Origin: Camelus dromedarius | Lineage: Eukaryota | Direction: 5' to 3' | NCBI RefSeq assembly: GCF_036321535.1 | Contig: NC_087436.1 | Location: forward strand, 70,248,001 to 70,312,000 | DNA length: 64,000 bases | Part shown: in pieces, positions 42,390 through 55,300 of the stretch | How the letters are laid out: every line of letters begins with the position of its first letter | Position numbering within the stretch: position 1 is the first letter of the stretch | Notes under the pieces: model-generated | The model's database searches: none | Told to the model about the DNA's origin: nothing | The model's input: only the letters and a program-made list of their open reading frames with translations | Program-made: the position numbers and the translations under genes

Positions 42390-43770
42390 AATTTTTAAAT
42401 TGAGCTGTGATTCGTATACCATAGAATTCATTCTTTAAAGTGTTCAATTCAGTGTATTTAATATATTCACAAAGTTGGGCAACCGTCACAACTATCTAAT
42501 TCCAGATCATTTTATCACCCCTAAAAGAAACTTTGTATTATTAGTAGTCATCTTTCATTTCTCCTTCTCTAGCCCCTGGCAACTGCTAATCTACTTTTTG
42601 TTTCAATGGAGTTGTCTATTCTGGATATTTCATATAAATGGAGTCGTAAAATATGTGATACTACATATTTTGTGTCTTAGTTTTTTCTCTTAGGATAATA
42701 TTTTCAAGATTCACCATGTTGTAGCATGTATCAGTATTTCATTCTTTTAAGGGCTGAATAATAGTTCACTGTATAAATAATACCATGTTTTATTTATCTA
42801 CGCATCAGTTGATGGACTTCTGGGCTCCTTCTACTTTTTGGCTCTTATGTATAATGGTGCTATGAACATAAGTGTACACGTTTTTGTGGACACATATTTC
42901 AGTTTTCTTGGGAATATACCTAGTCATCTGTCCTCCCTTCCCCTCAAACCCCTGGCAAGCACTGATTATTCTACTGTCCTGTAGCTTTTCCAGAGTGCCT
43001 TGTATTTGGAATCATACACTATGTAGCCTTTTCAGTCTGGATTCTTTTACTTAACAACATTCAGTTAAAGCTTCTTCCATGTTTTTGTTTTTCACTTTTT
43101 TTGTGTGTGGCTCCATAGCTCATTTCTTCTTAATCACTAAACATAATATTCCATTTTATGGATATACCACAGTTTGTGTATTGATTCACCTATTGAGAGG
43201 CAACTTGGTTGCTTCCAGTTTTGGTAACTATGATTGAAGTTGCTATGAACATTCACTGGCAGGTTTTTGTGTGGACACAGGTTTTCAGCTCAATTGGGTA
43301 AATACCTAACAGTGGGATTGCTAGACTGTATAGAAAGATTGTGTTTAACTTAGTAGCAAACTGCTGAACTGTCTCCCAAAGTGGTTGTGCCATTTTGCAT
43401 TTTCCATTCCTAACAGCCATGAATGTTGCTCTGCGTCCTCATCAGCTTTTGGTATTGTCAGTTGTTTTGGATAGTAGCTATTTTAATGGGTGTGCAGTAG
43501 TATCTCATTGTTTAAATTTGCAATTCCCTGATGACAGGTGATGTTGAGCATCTTTTCATATACTTACTTGCCATCTGTATATCTTCAGTGAGATTTGTTT
43601 ATATCTTTTGCCCATTTCTTCATTGGATTGTTTTCTTATTGTTGACTTCTAAGAACCTCTTGTGTATTTTGGATACAAGTCCTTTATCAGATGTATGGTT
43701 TGCAAAGATTTTCTCCTTGTCTGTGGTTTACAGTGTCTTTCACAGAGCAGAAGTTTTAATTTTAGTAAAC
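42390..43770 (-). mobile_element. Old L1M 3' ends (two abutting or nested copies)
   Basis: ORF 43531..43908 matches antisense L1 ORF2; 3' UTR motifs ccctggcaactgctaatctac and ccctggcaagcactgat both occur. Confidence 0.8.
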
Positions 43771-44629
43771 TGCCTACAGAGGAACCTCCTTGCCCTCGAA
43801 GCTCTGAGCTTTAGCATAATGTTGAATACCTGCTGCCTCTTGCCTACTTCCCAGAAAAAGGCCACTGGCAGATCAGGGTATCGGGATTCGCTTGTGCAAA
43901 GACTCTAAATCAACGTCCCATATAATTCCTGAAGCATCTCTCAGAGTCCTTTTCCTCTGCTATGCTCCAGACTCTGAGCTTGGAGCACAGTGGGAACCAC
44001 TCTTACCTTCACCGAGTCCTCTGCTGGGCATGTTTTAGGCTAGGTTTTTTTCAGACTTTCTCTGTCGCTTTATCACATCAACTTTTTCATCATAACCAGA
44101 TTTCCTCAATTTCTGATCTGCTTTTGGCGTTCTTTCTTGCTTTCCAGCAATATTAAACGTTTTTTACTCTCCTAACATTAACAGCAACTGTATCACCTAT
44201 AATAATAGTGATTTTTAAAGGATGTAAGGGAGATATGTAAATAGATACGTTTATTCATATTGCTGACTTTCTGAATCAAGATTGTCTTTTTGGTACTCAT
44301 AGCTTTTAGCCTTTAGCTTTATTATTTCTAGAATACATTGTAGTTGATTTTGACAGTTTCTAACATGTTTTGCTTTTCCCCCTTTTGGGGGAAATGCTCT
44401 CTGGTAAAATTGTATTTTTTCCAATGGCAGCACTAAATATTCATATAAATTAGAAGAGGTATGAGGTATTAGGTAGTCTGAAGATTGTTTTTTAAAATGT
44501 GCCTATTAATAACACTCTCAGTATAAATTAGCCTTGTGTTGTTTCATAAGTGGCTTGATTAAACTGCGATAATAAAGGAAGAAAATTGTTAGAAATAACT
44601 GGATAGAAGATAAGGGTAAGCATCATGCA

Positions 44630-44870
44630 GTGTTGGGTACTGGATAAAAGAATGAGCTTTAAATATTTAAATCCTAGATTTAAATTCTGGCTCCTTGATT
44701 TATCAATTTTATCAGCTTGAGCAAATTATTTAAGTACTTTAAGCCTCAGTTTTGTTACCCATAAAAATAAAGTAATAACACGTACATCATAGAGTTATGG
44801 GGTTAAATGAGATATTGCATGTAAAATAATCATCAGTACAAGGCCTGCAGTAAGTGTTACTTAATATTAA
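44630..44870 (+). mobile_element. MIR SINE
   Basis: cctagatttaaattctggctc...ttgagcaaattatttaag...aagcctcagttttgttacccataaaaat...ttaaatgagata. Confidence 0.75.
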
Positions 44871-47800
44871 TCATCTTGATTACTATCCTAATGTAGGAGT
44901 TCTCAGCCGGAAGTTGACTGGAACTATCAATTAACAAGTGTTTATCAAGTACCTGATCTCTCATTTTGAACTTAGACCAATAGAAGGAGCTATTGATGTG
45001 AATGACAGATTGGTACCTAGAGGTAGAATAAAGAGAACTAATATTGGTGGAGTTCTTACCACAGAATTCAATAGTAAGGGTTCAATAGGTGGTATTATTC
45101 CCACTTTATAGATGAGAAAGCTGAGGCTTGGTAACGTTAAGTAACTTGTGCAAGATAATGGATTGTTGTTGAATCCCACTTCTGACATTTAATTAGTGGG
45201 GTGATCAGAGTAAGTCACTTAACTGAAGGTATGGCATCATTGACACAAATAAGTGGATGTTAGTTTGCTTCCAATTTTGAATATATCGACATGTTTTTCT
45301 ATGTCAAAACATACAGATATCTATTCTAACCTTACTAGTGTACCCTTGTTTTGAGTTCTCTATAAATCACCCCAATTCCTTCAGCCTTAAAATTCTTGAG
45401 TCCAACTTAGAAAATACCAAGTTTGTTGAGAGTTGGACTGAACAATAAAGGGTTAAAGTTAAGGGTAATGATGGGTGTAGCTATGTTGAGATGGTAAGAA
45501 ATGGTTTATGGGAATAAATGTAGATATCATAATGGGGCCTAATCTATTCTTTAGGGTCTCAAAGAGGAAAAAAATTATGCTTTTGAAATTTACAAAAGGT
45601 AGATCAAATTGGATGACTGATTATAAGGATGTGTATTCATATTTCCCTTAAGGCTCAATTATTTACTTGTCAAACCATCCTGTCTGGCTCTAGAAATTGA
45701 ATGGCCTTCAAATATGAGTAAGAGGACTGGGGTAAACAAACTTGAATCCTGGATATTTATTTGGAAAGATAAGACCTCAGGGTAATGCTATGAAATGTCG
45801 ATCACAATCACATTCTAATCAGAAAGCTGTAAACTCTCATATAGTTATGATGCTGTGTTGGGAGCTGTACAAGAGAAACTAGCAGTTGAATCCCTGTCCT
45901 CGAAGACTTAAAAAGTATATAGCTACTCTCAAACATTGTTAATGGACTTTAAAAGTGTACAACTTATTTGGGGGGAAAAATAAGCCTTATATAAAACTTT
46001 AAAATGTATATGCCCTTTAGCACAGCAATTTTACTTCTAAGAATTTATTTTTCATAATACGAGGATATTTACTGTAGTGTTGTTTGAAGTGAGAAATGAC
46101 TGGAAACAACCTAAGTGTTTATCAATAGGTGATTGATTAAAAATATTTTATATCTGTATAAGGAAATACTGTTCAGTTTTTAAAAAGAATAAAATAGAAC
46201 TACTTCTACCTTAATATACAACAATCTCCTGGATATATTAAATGAAAAACATTATTTAGTATACTATAGTGTGCAACAATTGTGTAAAAACAAACAGAAA
46301 CAGGCACAAGCATTTAATGCTTGTATGGACATACGGACATAGACTCTCTGGAATGATACACAAGCTATTTCTCCTGAGATTCTTTGATATACAGCTTTCT
46401 TCTGAGGAGAGTGGGGTGGAAGGGCTGCATACTTTCTGTTATTGAAAATGTTTTTGAATATTTGCATCAAATATCTTAACATGCCATGCGAGATATATTC
46501 TTTTGGTCATACATTGTTACTATTAAAGCTTGCAGTCATTACTGAGGACTTCTGTGTACATACTTTGGTATTTGTGCTTTTGAACTTGTCTTGGTCTTTT
46601 GACATGTGAATGAGGACCAGTATTGACTACCCCTTCCAGGGTAGGGTGCATCTTGGCTGAAGTTTCAGGTAGCAGTTGAAGAAAAAGCTGAATATAGTTT
46701 CAAAAAAGAATATTTTAAAAAGTCAGAATATTGTTAGTTATTCCGCCTGAATAAAGCAGAAGGGTCATAGGGATAGGGAATTCAATGGAGGACTTGAAAA
46801 GCAGTTTGGAAGTATGAATGTCCGTGGAAATGAAGAACGGAGAACTAAAAATACTTTATAAACATCATCTCATCTCTAAATTATACCCTTTTGTAAAAAG
46901 TTATTTTCCAGACTTTCAAAAAACAAAATTAAGAAATTGAAGCTCAAGATGATAATTTGTGGTTTCTTAAGTAACATAAGAAGAAAATAGCAAAATGAGG
47001 ACCGGGACCTTGTTTTCTTGATTTCCAGTCTAGCCCCAGGGTTATTCTGAGATCACCTGAACCTTGATATGGGAATAGCACCAAACACCAAAACAAAACA
47101 CCTTTTGAAATTCTATTTGGAACTTGATATGTAAGAGCACTTGTTTCAAAGTAAGAATATATTTTTCCCGTCCAGTCTTAGGAGATGAGAGTGGGAATAG
47201 GGGTTGAATCCGGCTTTGGACATTGCACTGCCATTTTTTTGTTTTTGTTTTTGTTTTCACCTTAGGTCATTCTGGTTCAGGAAAAAGAATAATAATGAGA
47301 GTACTAACATTTGCACAGCATTTTACAGCTTTAGACGTTTTTTCACATTGATTATTTTCTCATCTTGCAACTAACTGTCCTATGATACAGGTAGTAGTGA
47401 TGTTTTATTATTTTTATTAGGCTTTCACTGTTAAAAAAATAGGCACAAAATAGTTTGGTAATTTGCCTGAGATAATATTGCTGATAAGTGTCAAAACTGG
47501 CCTTCACAAAATCAAATTCAGATTTCTTTTTTCTTTCTACCCAAGTGTAAGGTCTTCTAAGGTGGTTTGTTGAGCATTGTGGATGACCAGTTCTGGGTGG
47601 GGCATCAATCAAGAGAGCATTTGGGAGCTCACAGTTTCAGAGCAGAGTGGTTCAGTAAGTAGATGGTTGGGGGGCAGATGAGGCTCTGACCCTGCCGAGT
47701 GCAGGCACAGCTGATGTGCTTGTTGTCAGGGACTGCCAGCCCTTCTCAAAGCAGCTTGTCACGTCCTCAAGAGCAGTGGGCCCGTTAAAGGGAGTGTACT

Positions 47801-48367
47801 CAACACTTGACCTGGAGGCATGCACCAGACTGGTGTTAGGAGAGCTGATTTTGTAATTAGCCACACATAAGTTAGTAAAGTGTCTTTTTGTAAAAATGTT
47901 TGTTTCTCACACTAAATTTTAATAAACAAAGGGTGAGAAGAAGCAGGAAAATGAAATAAGCCTCAGGCTCAGTAGGCATAATGATCTTTTCTACGTTTTT
48001 GTATTTTAGAGGTGCTGTGAGAGAATTTGGTGTTTGATACATTATCTGATTAAACTGAAAAAGAGTTTCTACACTCTGATGTGTGTCCAGAACTTGACTG
48101 TGTCTAATATTTGACTTTAGGATTTACTCTGAGTAAAGCCACTGAGTGGTTGTAAGCAGAGGAGTAACATCATCTGATTAGTGTTTTAAAGATTCCTTGG
48201 CTGTTGAGTAGAGACATCTGGCAGGGAGAGGGGCCAGTGTCAGAGCTGAGGAGCATCCTTTACTCTAAATAATCACCTGAGACTTACATTCAAAGGAGAA
48301 TGTCATTATCTTAGAGTGAAAATACCTGTCACTTGAGTTGGATATTTGAGTTGACTGGTAGATTCTT

Positions 48368-48472
48368 CTTTTTTTTTAATTGAAGTATAGTCAGTTTACA
48401 ATATTGTGTCAATTTCTGGTGTACAGCATAATGCTTCAGTTATACATATAAATACATATATTCGTTTTCATA
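48368..48472 (-). mobile_element. Very short L1 3' end with TSD
   Basis: ttttttaattgaagtatagtcagtttacaatattgtgtcaatttctggtgtacagc; TSD ttgactggtagattctt (48351-67) / ttgactggtgaagtctt (48473-89). Confidence 0.85.
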
Positions 48473-49570
48473 TTGACTGGTGAAGTCTTAGTTTATCTTA
48501 GGATCCTCAGTACATTTTGAAAGCTTTTCAACTGATTATAAAATGTACCAGGGATGAGACCTACTACTTTATCTTGGGGAAAAAAGGAACGATCTTGGGG
48601 GTAAGTTTGGGAAAAAGGGGTTATGAATGAAAAGCTTTGGAGAGTTTGAAGAGTATAATTATTGTTTATCTGTTCTCTTTGGAATTTTATTTTAATTTTC
48701 ATGTGTTCAAATGTCTGAATATTATGGTGACATGAATTTACTAACATTAAATTTTATATAATTCCCACTTACCCAGCCTCTTCTAATTCAGTCTTTCCCT
48801 AACTATTCCTTTTCATAAGAAGAGGAGATGTATAGAGAATGGATGACTAGAATATTATACAGTTTGATAAGAATTTGTCAGCATTAACAGAAGACTCCAT
48901 CTCTTAAGAACCCTTAAAAACCATTTCTAAGACTAGTTTGATTTGATCCGTTTAAAAAATATATTTGTATGTGTATAAATATACACACACATTTAGAAAT
49001 TTGAGCAACCATATTAATGTCTAGTCACTTACCTGCATACCTGCAACTCTGGGTTAAGATTGCTGGTGCTTCCTATAATTGGATAGAAGATGTAGCTTTT
49101 CTTTCTTGCTCTAGGATTTTTGTGCTTTATTGATGTAAAATTATATCTTTATGCTTTCTATACAAAGGAAACTGTATTAGGGTGAAAGACTTAGAATAAG
49201 GGTGAAAAGGAATACAATGACTAAAAATTATCACAGAAGTACTTTTTGTTTTTATAGATTACAGTTTATAATCCTGAATTGTTAATTTATAGTTGGATTA
49301 GTTAGCTGGGTTAGTTCTAGCTAAAAATCCTTTTTCTCCTTGGGAGTTACAATAGGGAATGTAGATAAGGTTTGTAGGAGTTTTGGGTAATCAAACACAG
49401 TAACTACAGCAGTGATGCCAGGATTTAATGTAGCCTGTATGATTTAGGACAGTTTATTTGTGGACTTTGAGGATCACCTCCCTGCTGTTTTATCCAGGAA
49501 CAGTGTAGTAGACTCTCTTGAAAGTCATGCCTTAAATACTAAAGTGCCCTTTTTTCTTTTCTATTCGTAG

Positions 49571-49737
49571 TGGTAGCCGTTCCTCTAAAACCTTTAAACC
49601 AAAGAAGAACATTCCCGAGGGTTCTCACCAGTATGAGCTCTTAAAGCATGCAGAGGCCACACTTGGCAGTGGAAACCTCCGGATGGCTGTCATGCTTCCT
49701 GAGGGGGAAGATCTAAATGAGTGGGTTGCAGTGAACA
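49571..49737 (+). CDS. MOB1B: MOB1B coding exon 2 (GSRSSKTFKPKKNIPEGSHQYELLKHAEATLGSGNLRMAVMLPEGEDLNEWVAVN)
   Basis: Polypyrimidine tract with AG at 49569-70 and donor GTAAGT at 49738; 167 nt. Contains the T12 and T35 MST1/2 phosphosites. G6, RMAVM and WVAVN distinguish MOB1B from MOB1A. Confidence 0.98.
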
Positions 49738-52107
49738 GTAAGTAGCCTTTCTGTTTCTCAGAAGACTCTACCATAGGGTAGTAGCCTCATTGTAGGTGAG
49801 TGTTGGGGTGCTGTCTATTCTAGGATCTAGTTAGCAACCTAATATCACAATATAGTGATATCTCAGTAAAATATGTTTATGGTATATTCTTAACCTCTGG
49901 GAAGTAAAAAATATAAATAGAAAATAAATATATTCTTGGAAATTTAGCCAGAGAAAGTTGAGAAATAAAAGTGGTACTTTTAATATTGAGGGCTTTTCAG
50001 CATTGGTGAAGAAATTAGTAGAATTTTATAATTGGAGGCAATTTATATTACTAGTAAAAATAAAATGAAATTTAATTGAAAATATACACTAAATGTCTAT
50101 GCTTTGACTAAAGAAAAACAAAACAGTACTTTTAATGTATTTGATGGTGTCTTATTATAATTTGAAACCTATCATGGGATTTATAAATTGAGCTGCCACC
50201 CACTGGTAACTTTCAGGAACCTAAAGGATTTTACTGAAATGTCTTAAAACTTCGATGTGACAGCATTTACATAAGAGCAGTATTTATTTAATATAGTTAT
50301 CCTCCTGGACCTAGGGAGTTTAGTTACTAAAGAGATAAAGTGGTTTGTTTGTTTTATTGATGAGGCTCATCTTACCTATATAGATAGTTCTATGACCCCT
50401 CAAGGACAAGATTCAGAGTAAGTTTCCAGTATATGTGTACATTCTTTTTGGGGGTACTTGTTTGTGCCTATTTGTACCATTTATCTGAGAGCTCATTTTC
50501 TAATTTAAAAAATCTAAGGAAGGCATCACAGAGCTTCTGTACTACCTGAAATTCTGACTTTTAAGTATAAAAGCAGATCATCATTTTCTGTCTGTATTCT
50601 CTTTGTCTCAAATACCAGAACTGAGTATCTGTACTATTGAAATGCCTAGAGCTCCAGGAACTTCTAAAGTTTCACGGGCATTTTGCATTTATAGCTAGAA
50701 GAAAATTACTTTGAGCTGAAATGTTAGAACATTCCCTGTAGAACATAGAGTTCTGCCTTTAAAATATAACATTTCACTCAAATATTGGATTACAATTTTT
50801 TTTCTAATTTATAGTAATTTTCCCAAATGACATTTGATGAAGTGAGTGGGATTTGATGCTAGACAGATATTTCTGTTCACTGACAGTTTCAGGTACTTGA
50901 AAGAGTAAAGGGAATTTGTTGATAAGATTGGCATCTTAATGGCCTTCTGGCTTCAATTTACTTACCAGATGAAGATAAAGTGGTAGAAGGTGGGAAATTT
51001 TACAAATGCAACAACTAGTCTCACAGCCAGAAACCAGAGCCTGGTTTTGAACATTCTGCTGCTATAGTGACAGCTTAAAGAAGATAGAAGGTTTAGGATT
51101 TTGGAAAAAGCTGGATGGATGCTTTATAAATAATTTATGTGACACAGAATCTCGACGCCATTTCTTTGTGGAAGGAAACTAACATTTACTAAATGCCTAC
51201 TTTATGGTAGACACTTTTTTTTTTTTTTTTTTTTTTTTTTAGCACTCTGAAATAAACCCAATCTTAAAGGTAAGAAACTGAGGTTCAGGGAATTTAAGTA
51301 ACTCAGCCATTTAGTATAGAAGTTGAGATTCAAAGCCATAGATTTTCCTCTATTCATCTGGAGGACAACTTAAGAATCATTAAGTTGCAGAGTCATTACT
51401 GAGTAAATCTAGGCCCATGGAGAGGTAAGAGGGCAGAGGAAAACTCGTAGGATTAAATTTAGTATAATGCTTATTACTGCTCTACTTTCATCTGTAATTA
51501 ATTCTGACTCCGTTTAAGTCAAATTTTTTTCCTTCTGCTGCTCTAGAAAGTCTGAATTAAAAAAGCAGAGTGCTGTTTATGGGTAATTAATGGGATGGAA
51601 AGAGGCATAGGACTGTATAAATAAGAAGGAACAGAAGTGTAACTCAAGTCACCATATGTGGTATTTATTATTAAACATATGGTTAAATAGTCCCTTTTTG
51701 CCTGAGAAACTTAAAAACATATATTTTTGTCCAGGAGAGCATAGACAATAGGGTATTAGAGTCTGGCTAGATAGATGTCAGTGGTTTTGGAACACTCCTT
51801 GTAGTTTTGTTAAGTTAATTTGTGCCAAGTTCTTATTGATTGTTTTATACCAACAGAAAGGGCACACTGAGGGAAAGCTGTTTGCTTTCACAACTTATAC
51901 TTCCCTTTATAAAAAACTCAAGTGATATTTTCCTATTAGCCTGTAAACTCAATGAGGACACGAGTTGAGTCAGTTTTGTTCCTTATTCTTAGAAACTAGC
52001 ATGGTTTCTGGCATATCTAAAGATCATACGTTGTTTGGAAAGAGCTAAAAATATTTATTTTTGTTTGGACTTAGTTAAATCAAGGATGCTTCTGTTATAC
52101 TCTAGGA

Positions 52108-52324
52108 CAAGAGTTAACAAATTTTTTTGTTAAGGGCCGGATAGTAAACATTTTAGGCTTTACTGGCCACATGGACTCTGTTGCTATTCATCTCTACTGC
52201 TATAGTGCAAAAGCCGCCATAGACAGTATGTATCCAAATAAGTAGGGTTGCATTCCAATAAAACTATTTACTAAAACAGGTAATGTGCCAGATTTGCCCT
52301 TTGGTCATAATTTGCTAACCCTTG
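52108..52324. mobile_element. hAT-Charlie MITE (MER58A-like)
   Basis: Degenerate TIRs caagagttaacaaa / tttgctaacccttg; body taagggccggatagtaaacattttaggcttt...ccaataaaactattt. Confidence 0.85.
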
Positions 52325-52339
52325 ATCTATGGTAGGACT

Positions 52340-55300
52340 AAAATAATAGTAAATGAATGTATAATTATCTAGCTAATGGAGGAGAAAAATAGACCAGTAA
52401 AAATAATCCTAAAGAACATAAGAAAGAAAAGGAAAAGAATCACATAATAGGATAAATAGATACTGAATAGTAATATGGTAAATTGAAATCCCAAAATTAG
52501 TAATTGTGTTAAATGTAAAGGACAAAATGCTTCAATAAAAAGACAATTATGTTAAGATAGTTAAAAACAAAACAAATCTAAATTCTGTTTCTAAGAGGCA
52601 TACTTTAAATAGATGATACAAGTTGAAACTAAAAAGGTGAACACTAATCTAAAGAAAACTGATGTAGTCATGTTAATGTAAAATAAAGTGTGCTTGAAGG
52701 CAGAAAAACATGAATAAGGAAGATTTAAAAATGAAAAATGATTTAATTCACAAAGAATATATGAAGTTCTGAATGTATCTTTAATTGGATCCCCAAAATA
52801 CATTAAAATCAGTTTCCAGAACTAAAAGAAGAAATAGACAAATCCACACTCATAATGAGAGATTTAAGCATCCCTCTCTCAGCAATGGATAGAAAGTATA
52901 GAGGAAAAACTTTATTAAGGAATTAGACAAATTTGAGCAACATAATTAACAGACTTGACCTGAGGAACACATGACCTAAGCACCTCAGACTATATACATG
53001 CACGTCTTTAAAAATTAAAAGGATTGAAATCGTGTAATGTATGTTCTTTGACCATAATAGAATTTAGACAGAAAACAGTGACAAAAGCTGGGAAATCTAT
53101 CTATATGTGTTTGGAAACAATAATCTCAATGGAAATTAGAAAATATTTTTCACTGAAATATGGTAATGAAAATGCTATGTGTGAACACTTGTGGGATGTG
53201 ACTAATACTGTGTTAGAGGAAAGTTTAGAGCTTTACATACATATATTAGAAGAGATAAAGTATTAAAAATTAAAGATCCAATAATCACTTTCCAGAATTT
53301 AGAACAACAGTAAGTCAAATGCAAAGAAAGTTAAGGTACTGGTAAAGATAAGAGCAAAAGTTAATAAAATAGAAAACACATATATAATAGAGAAAATCAA
53401 CAAAAGAAAAAATGATAGTTCCTTGAAAAGAATCTAATAAAACTGATAACCCTGCTAAGGCTGATCAAGAAAAAGTGAGAGGAAGGACAAGTAACCAATT
53501 TCAGGAATGAAAAATAATTATCACTAGAGATCTTATACAATATTAAAAGTCATAAGAGAATATTATGAACTGGTTTCATGTTTATGCCAGTAAATTTGAA
53601 AACTTAATTGAAATAGGCAGATTCTAAGAAAAATTTAGCATAGCAAAGGTGACACAAAAATTTAAAAATCTGAATAGTCTGGTAACTATTTTTAAAAATT
53701 ATGATCTAATTAAAAGCATTCCTACAATAGAGACTTCCACCAAACACTTAAGGTAGAAGTTAACACCAATCTTATTAGCAAAAGTAAACAAATGGGACGT
53801 AATTAAATGTAAAAGCTTTTGCATAGCAAAGGAAGCCATCAACAAAATGAAAAGATAACCTAATGTATGAAGTAAATATTTGCAAATGATATATGACTGG
53901 TATGAGGTTAATATCCAAAATATATAGACAGCTTGTACAACCCAATAAGAAAACAGACAGCTTAATTAAAAAACGTGCAGAGGACCTGAATAGATGTTTT
54001 CCCAAAGAAAACATAAACATGGCCAACAGGTACATGAAAAGATGCTTAATATCGCTAACCAAAGAAATGCAAGTCAAAATCACAGCAAGATATTACCTCA
54101 TACCCATCAGAAGGGCTATCATCTAAAAGATCACAAATAATAAATATTAGTGAGGATGTGAAGGAAAGGGAACTGTAATACACTGTTGGTGGGAATGTAC
54201 ATTGGTGCAGCTACTATGGAAAACAGTATGGAGACTCCTCAAAAACAAAAATAGGACTACCATATGATCCAGCAATTGCACTCCCAGGTATATATCTGGA
54301 AAAAATGAAAACACTGATTTGAAAAGATACATGCACCACAGTGTTCACAGCAGCACTATTTACAATAGTCAAGATATGGAAGCAACCCAAGTGTCCTTCA
54401 GATGAATGGATAATGCAGTGGAATATTGCTCAGGCATAATAAAGAATGAAAATTTTGCCATTTACAACAACATGAATGGGCTTGAGGGGTATTATGCTTA
54501 GTGAAATAAGTCAGATACAGAAAGACAGATACTGTGTGGTATCACTTATATGTGGAATCTAAAAAATAAATGAATATAACAAAACAAGACTCACAGATAC
54601 AGAGAACAAACTAGTGGTTACAAGTAGGGAGAGGGTAGGGGAAGGGGCAAGATAGGAGTAGGGGATTAAGAGGTATAAACTTCTACATAAATAAATAAAC
54701 AACAGAGATATATTGTATGGCACACAGAATACAGCCAGTACTTTATGATAACTTTAAATAGAGTATAGGCTATAAAAGTATTGAATCACTGTGTTGTATA
54801 CTTGAAACTAATACAATATTGTAAATCAACTTTACTTTGATGAAAAAAAGAGAATGAAGTATCTTAGCAATGTCCAAAAAAAAAAAAAAAAAAAAAAAAG
54901 AAGAACCCCAGTCTTACTAAAGATCTTATGCAGAATGGAGAAAATACTAGTGTTACGAACTTTACATGGACATTACAAGGAAGAAAACTAGGTCATCTAA
55001 CTTACGAACTTAGATGTAAAAACCCTAATAAAAATATTAGGAATTTGAATATAGCAATACTTAAAAAGTATAACATACCATGACCCAATTGAGCTTATTC
55101 CTGGAAGAAAAGGTTGGCTTAACACTTAAAAATCAATTGTAATTCACCACTTAACCAAAATAAAGGAGGAAGGAAAAAAAATCATATGATCATCTCAATA
55201 TATGGAGGAAAAACATTTGATAAAACTCAAAATCAATTCATAATTTAAAAACTTATCAAGTTAATAGTTGAGAACTTTCTTCTGATAAAGCATATCTATT

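Noticed and set aside
49294..49330. Short hairpin (ggattagttagctggg...tctagctaaaaatcc) as a miRNA or other ncRNA
   Set aside because: The stem is too short and bulged for a pre-miRNA and is compatible with chance.
51215..51240. Long T homopolymer as a retro-insertion tail
   Set aside because: No flanking TSD or element body; it lies in MIR-like sequence and is probably a slippage tract.
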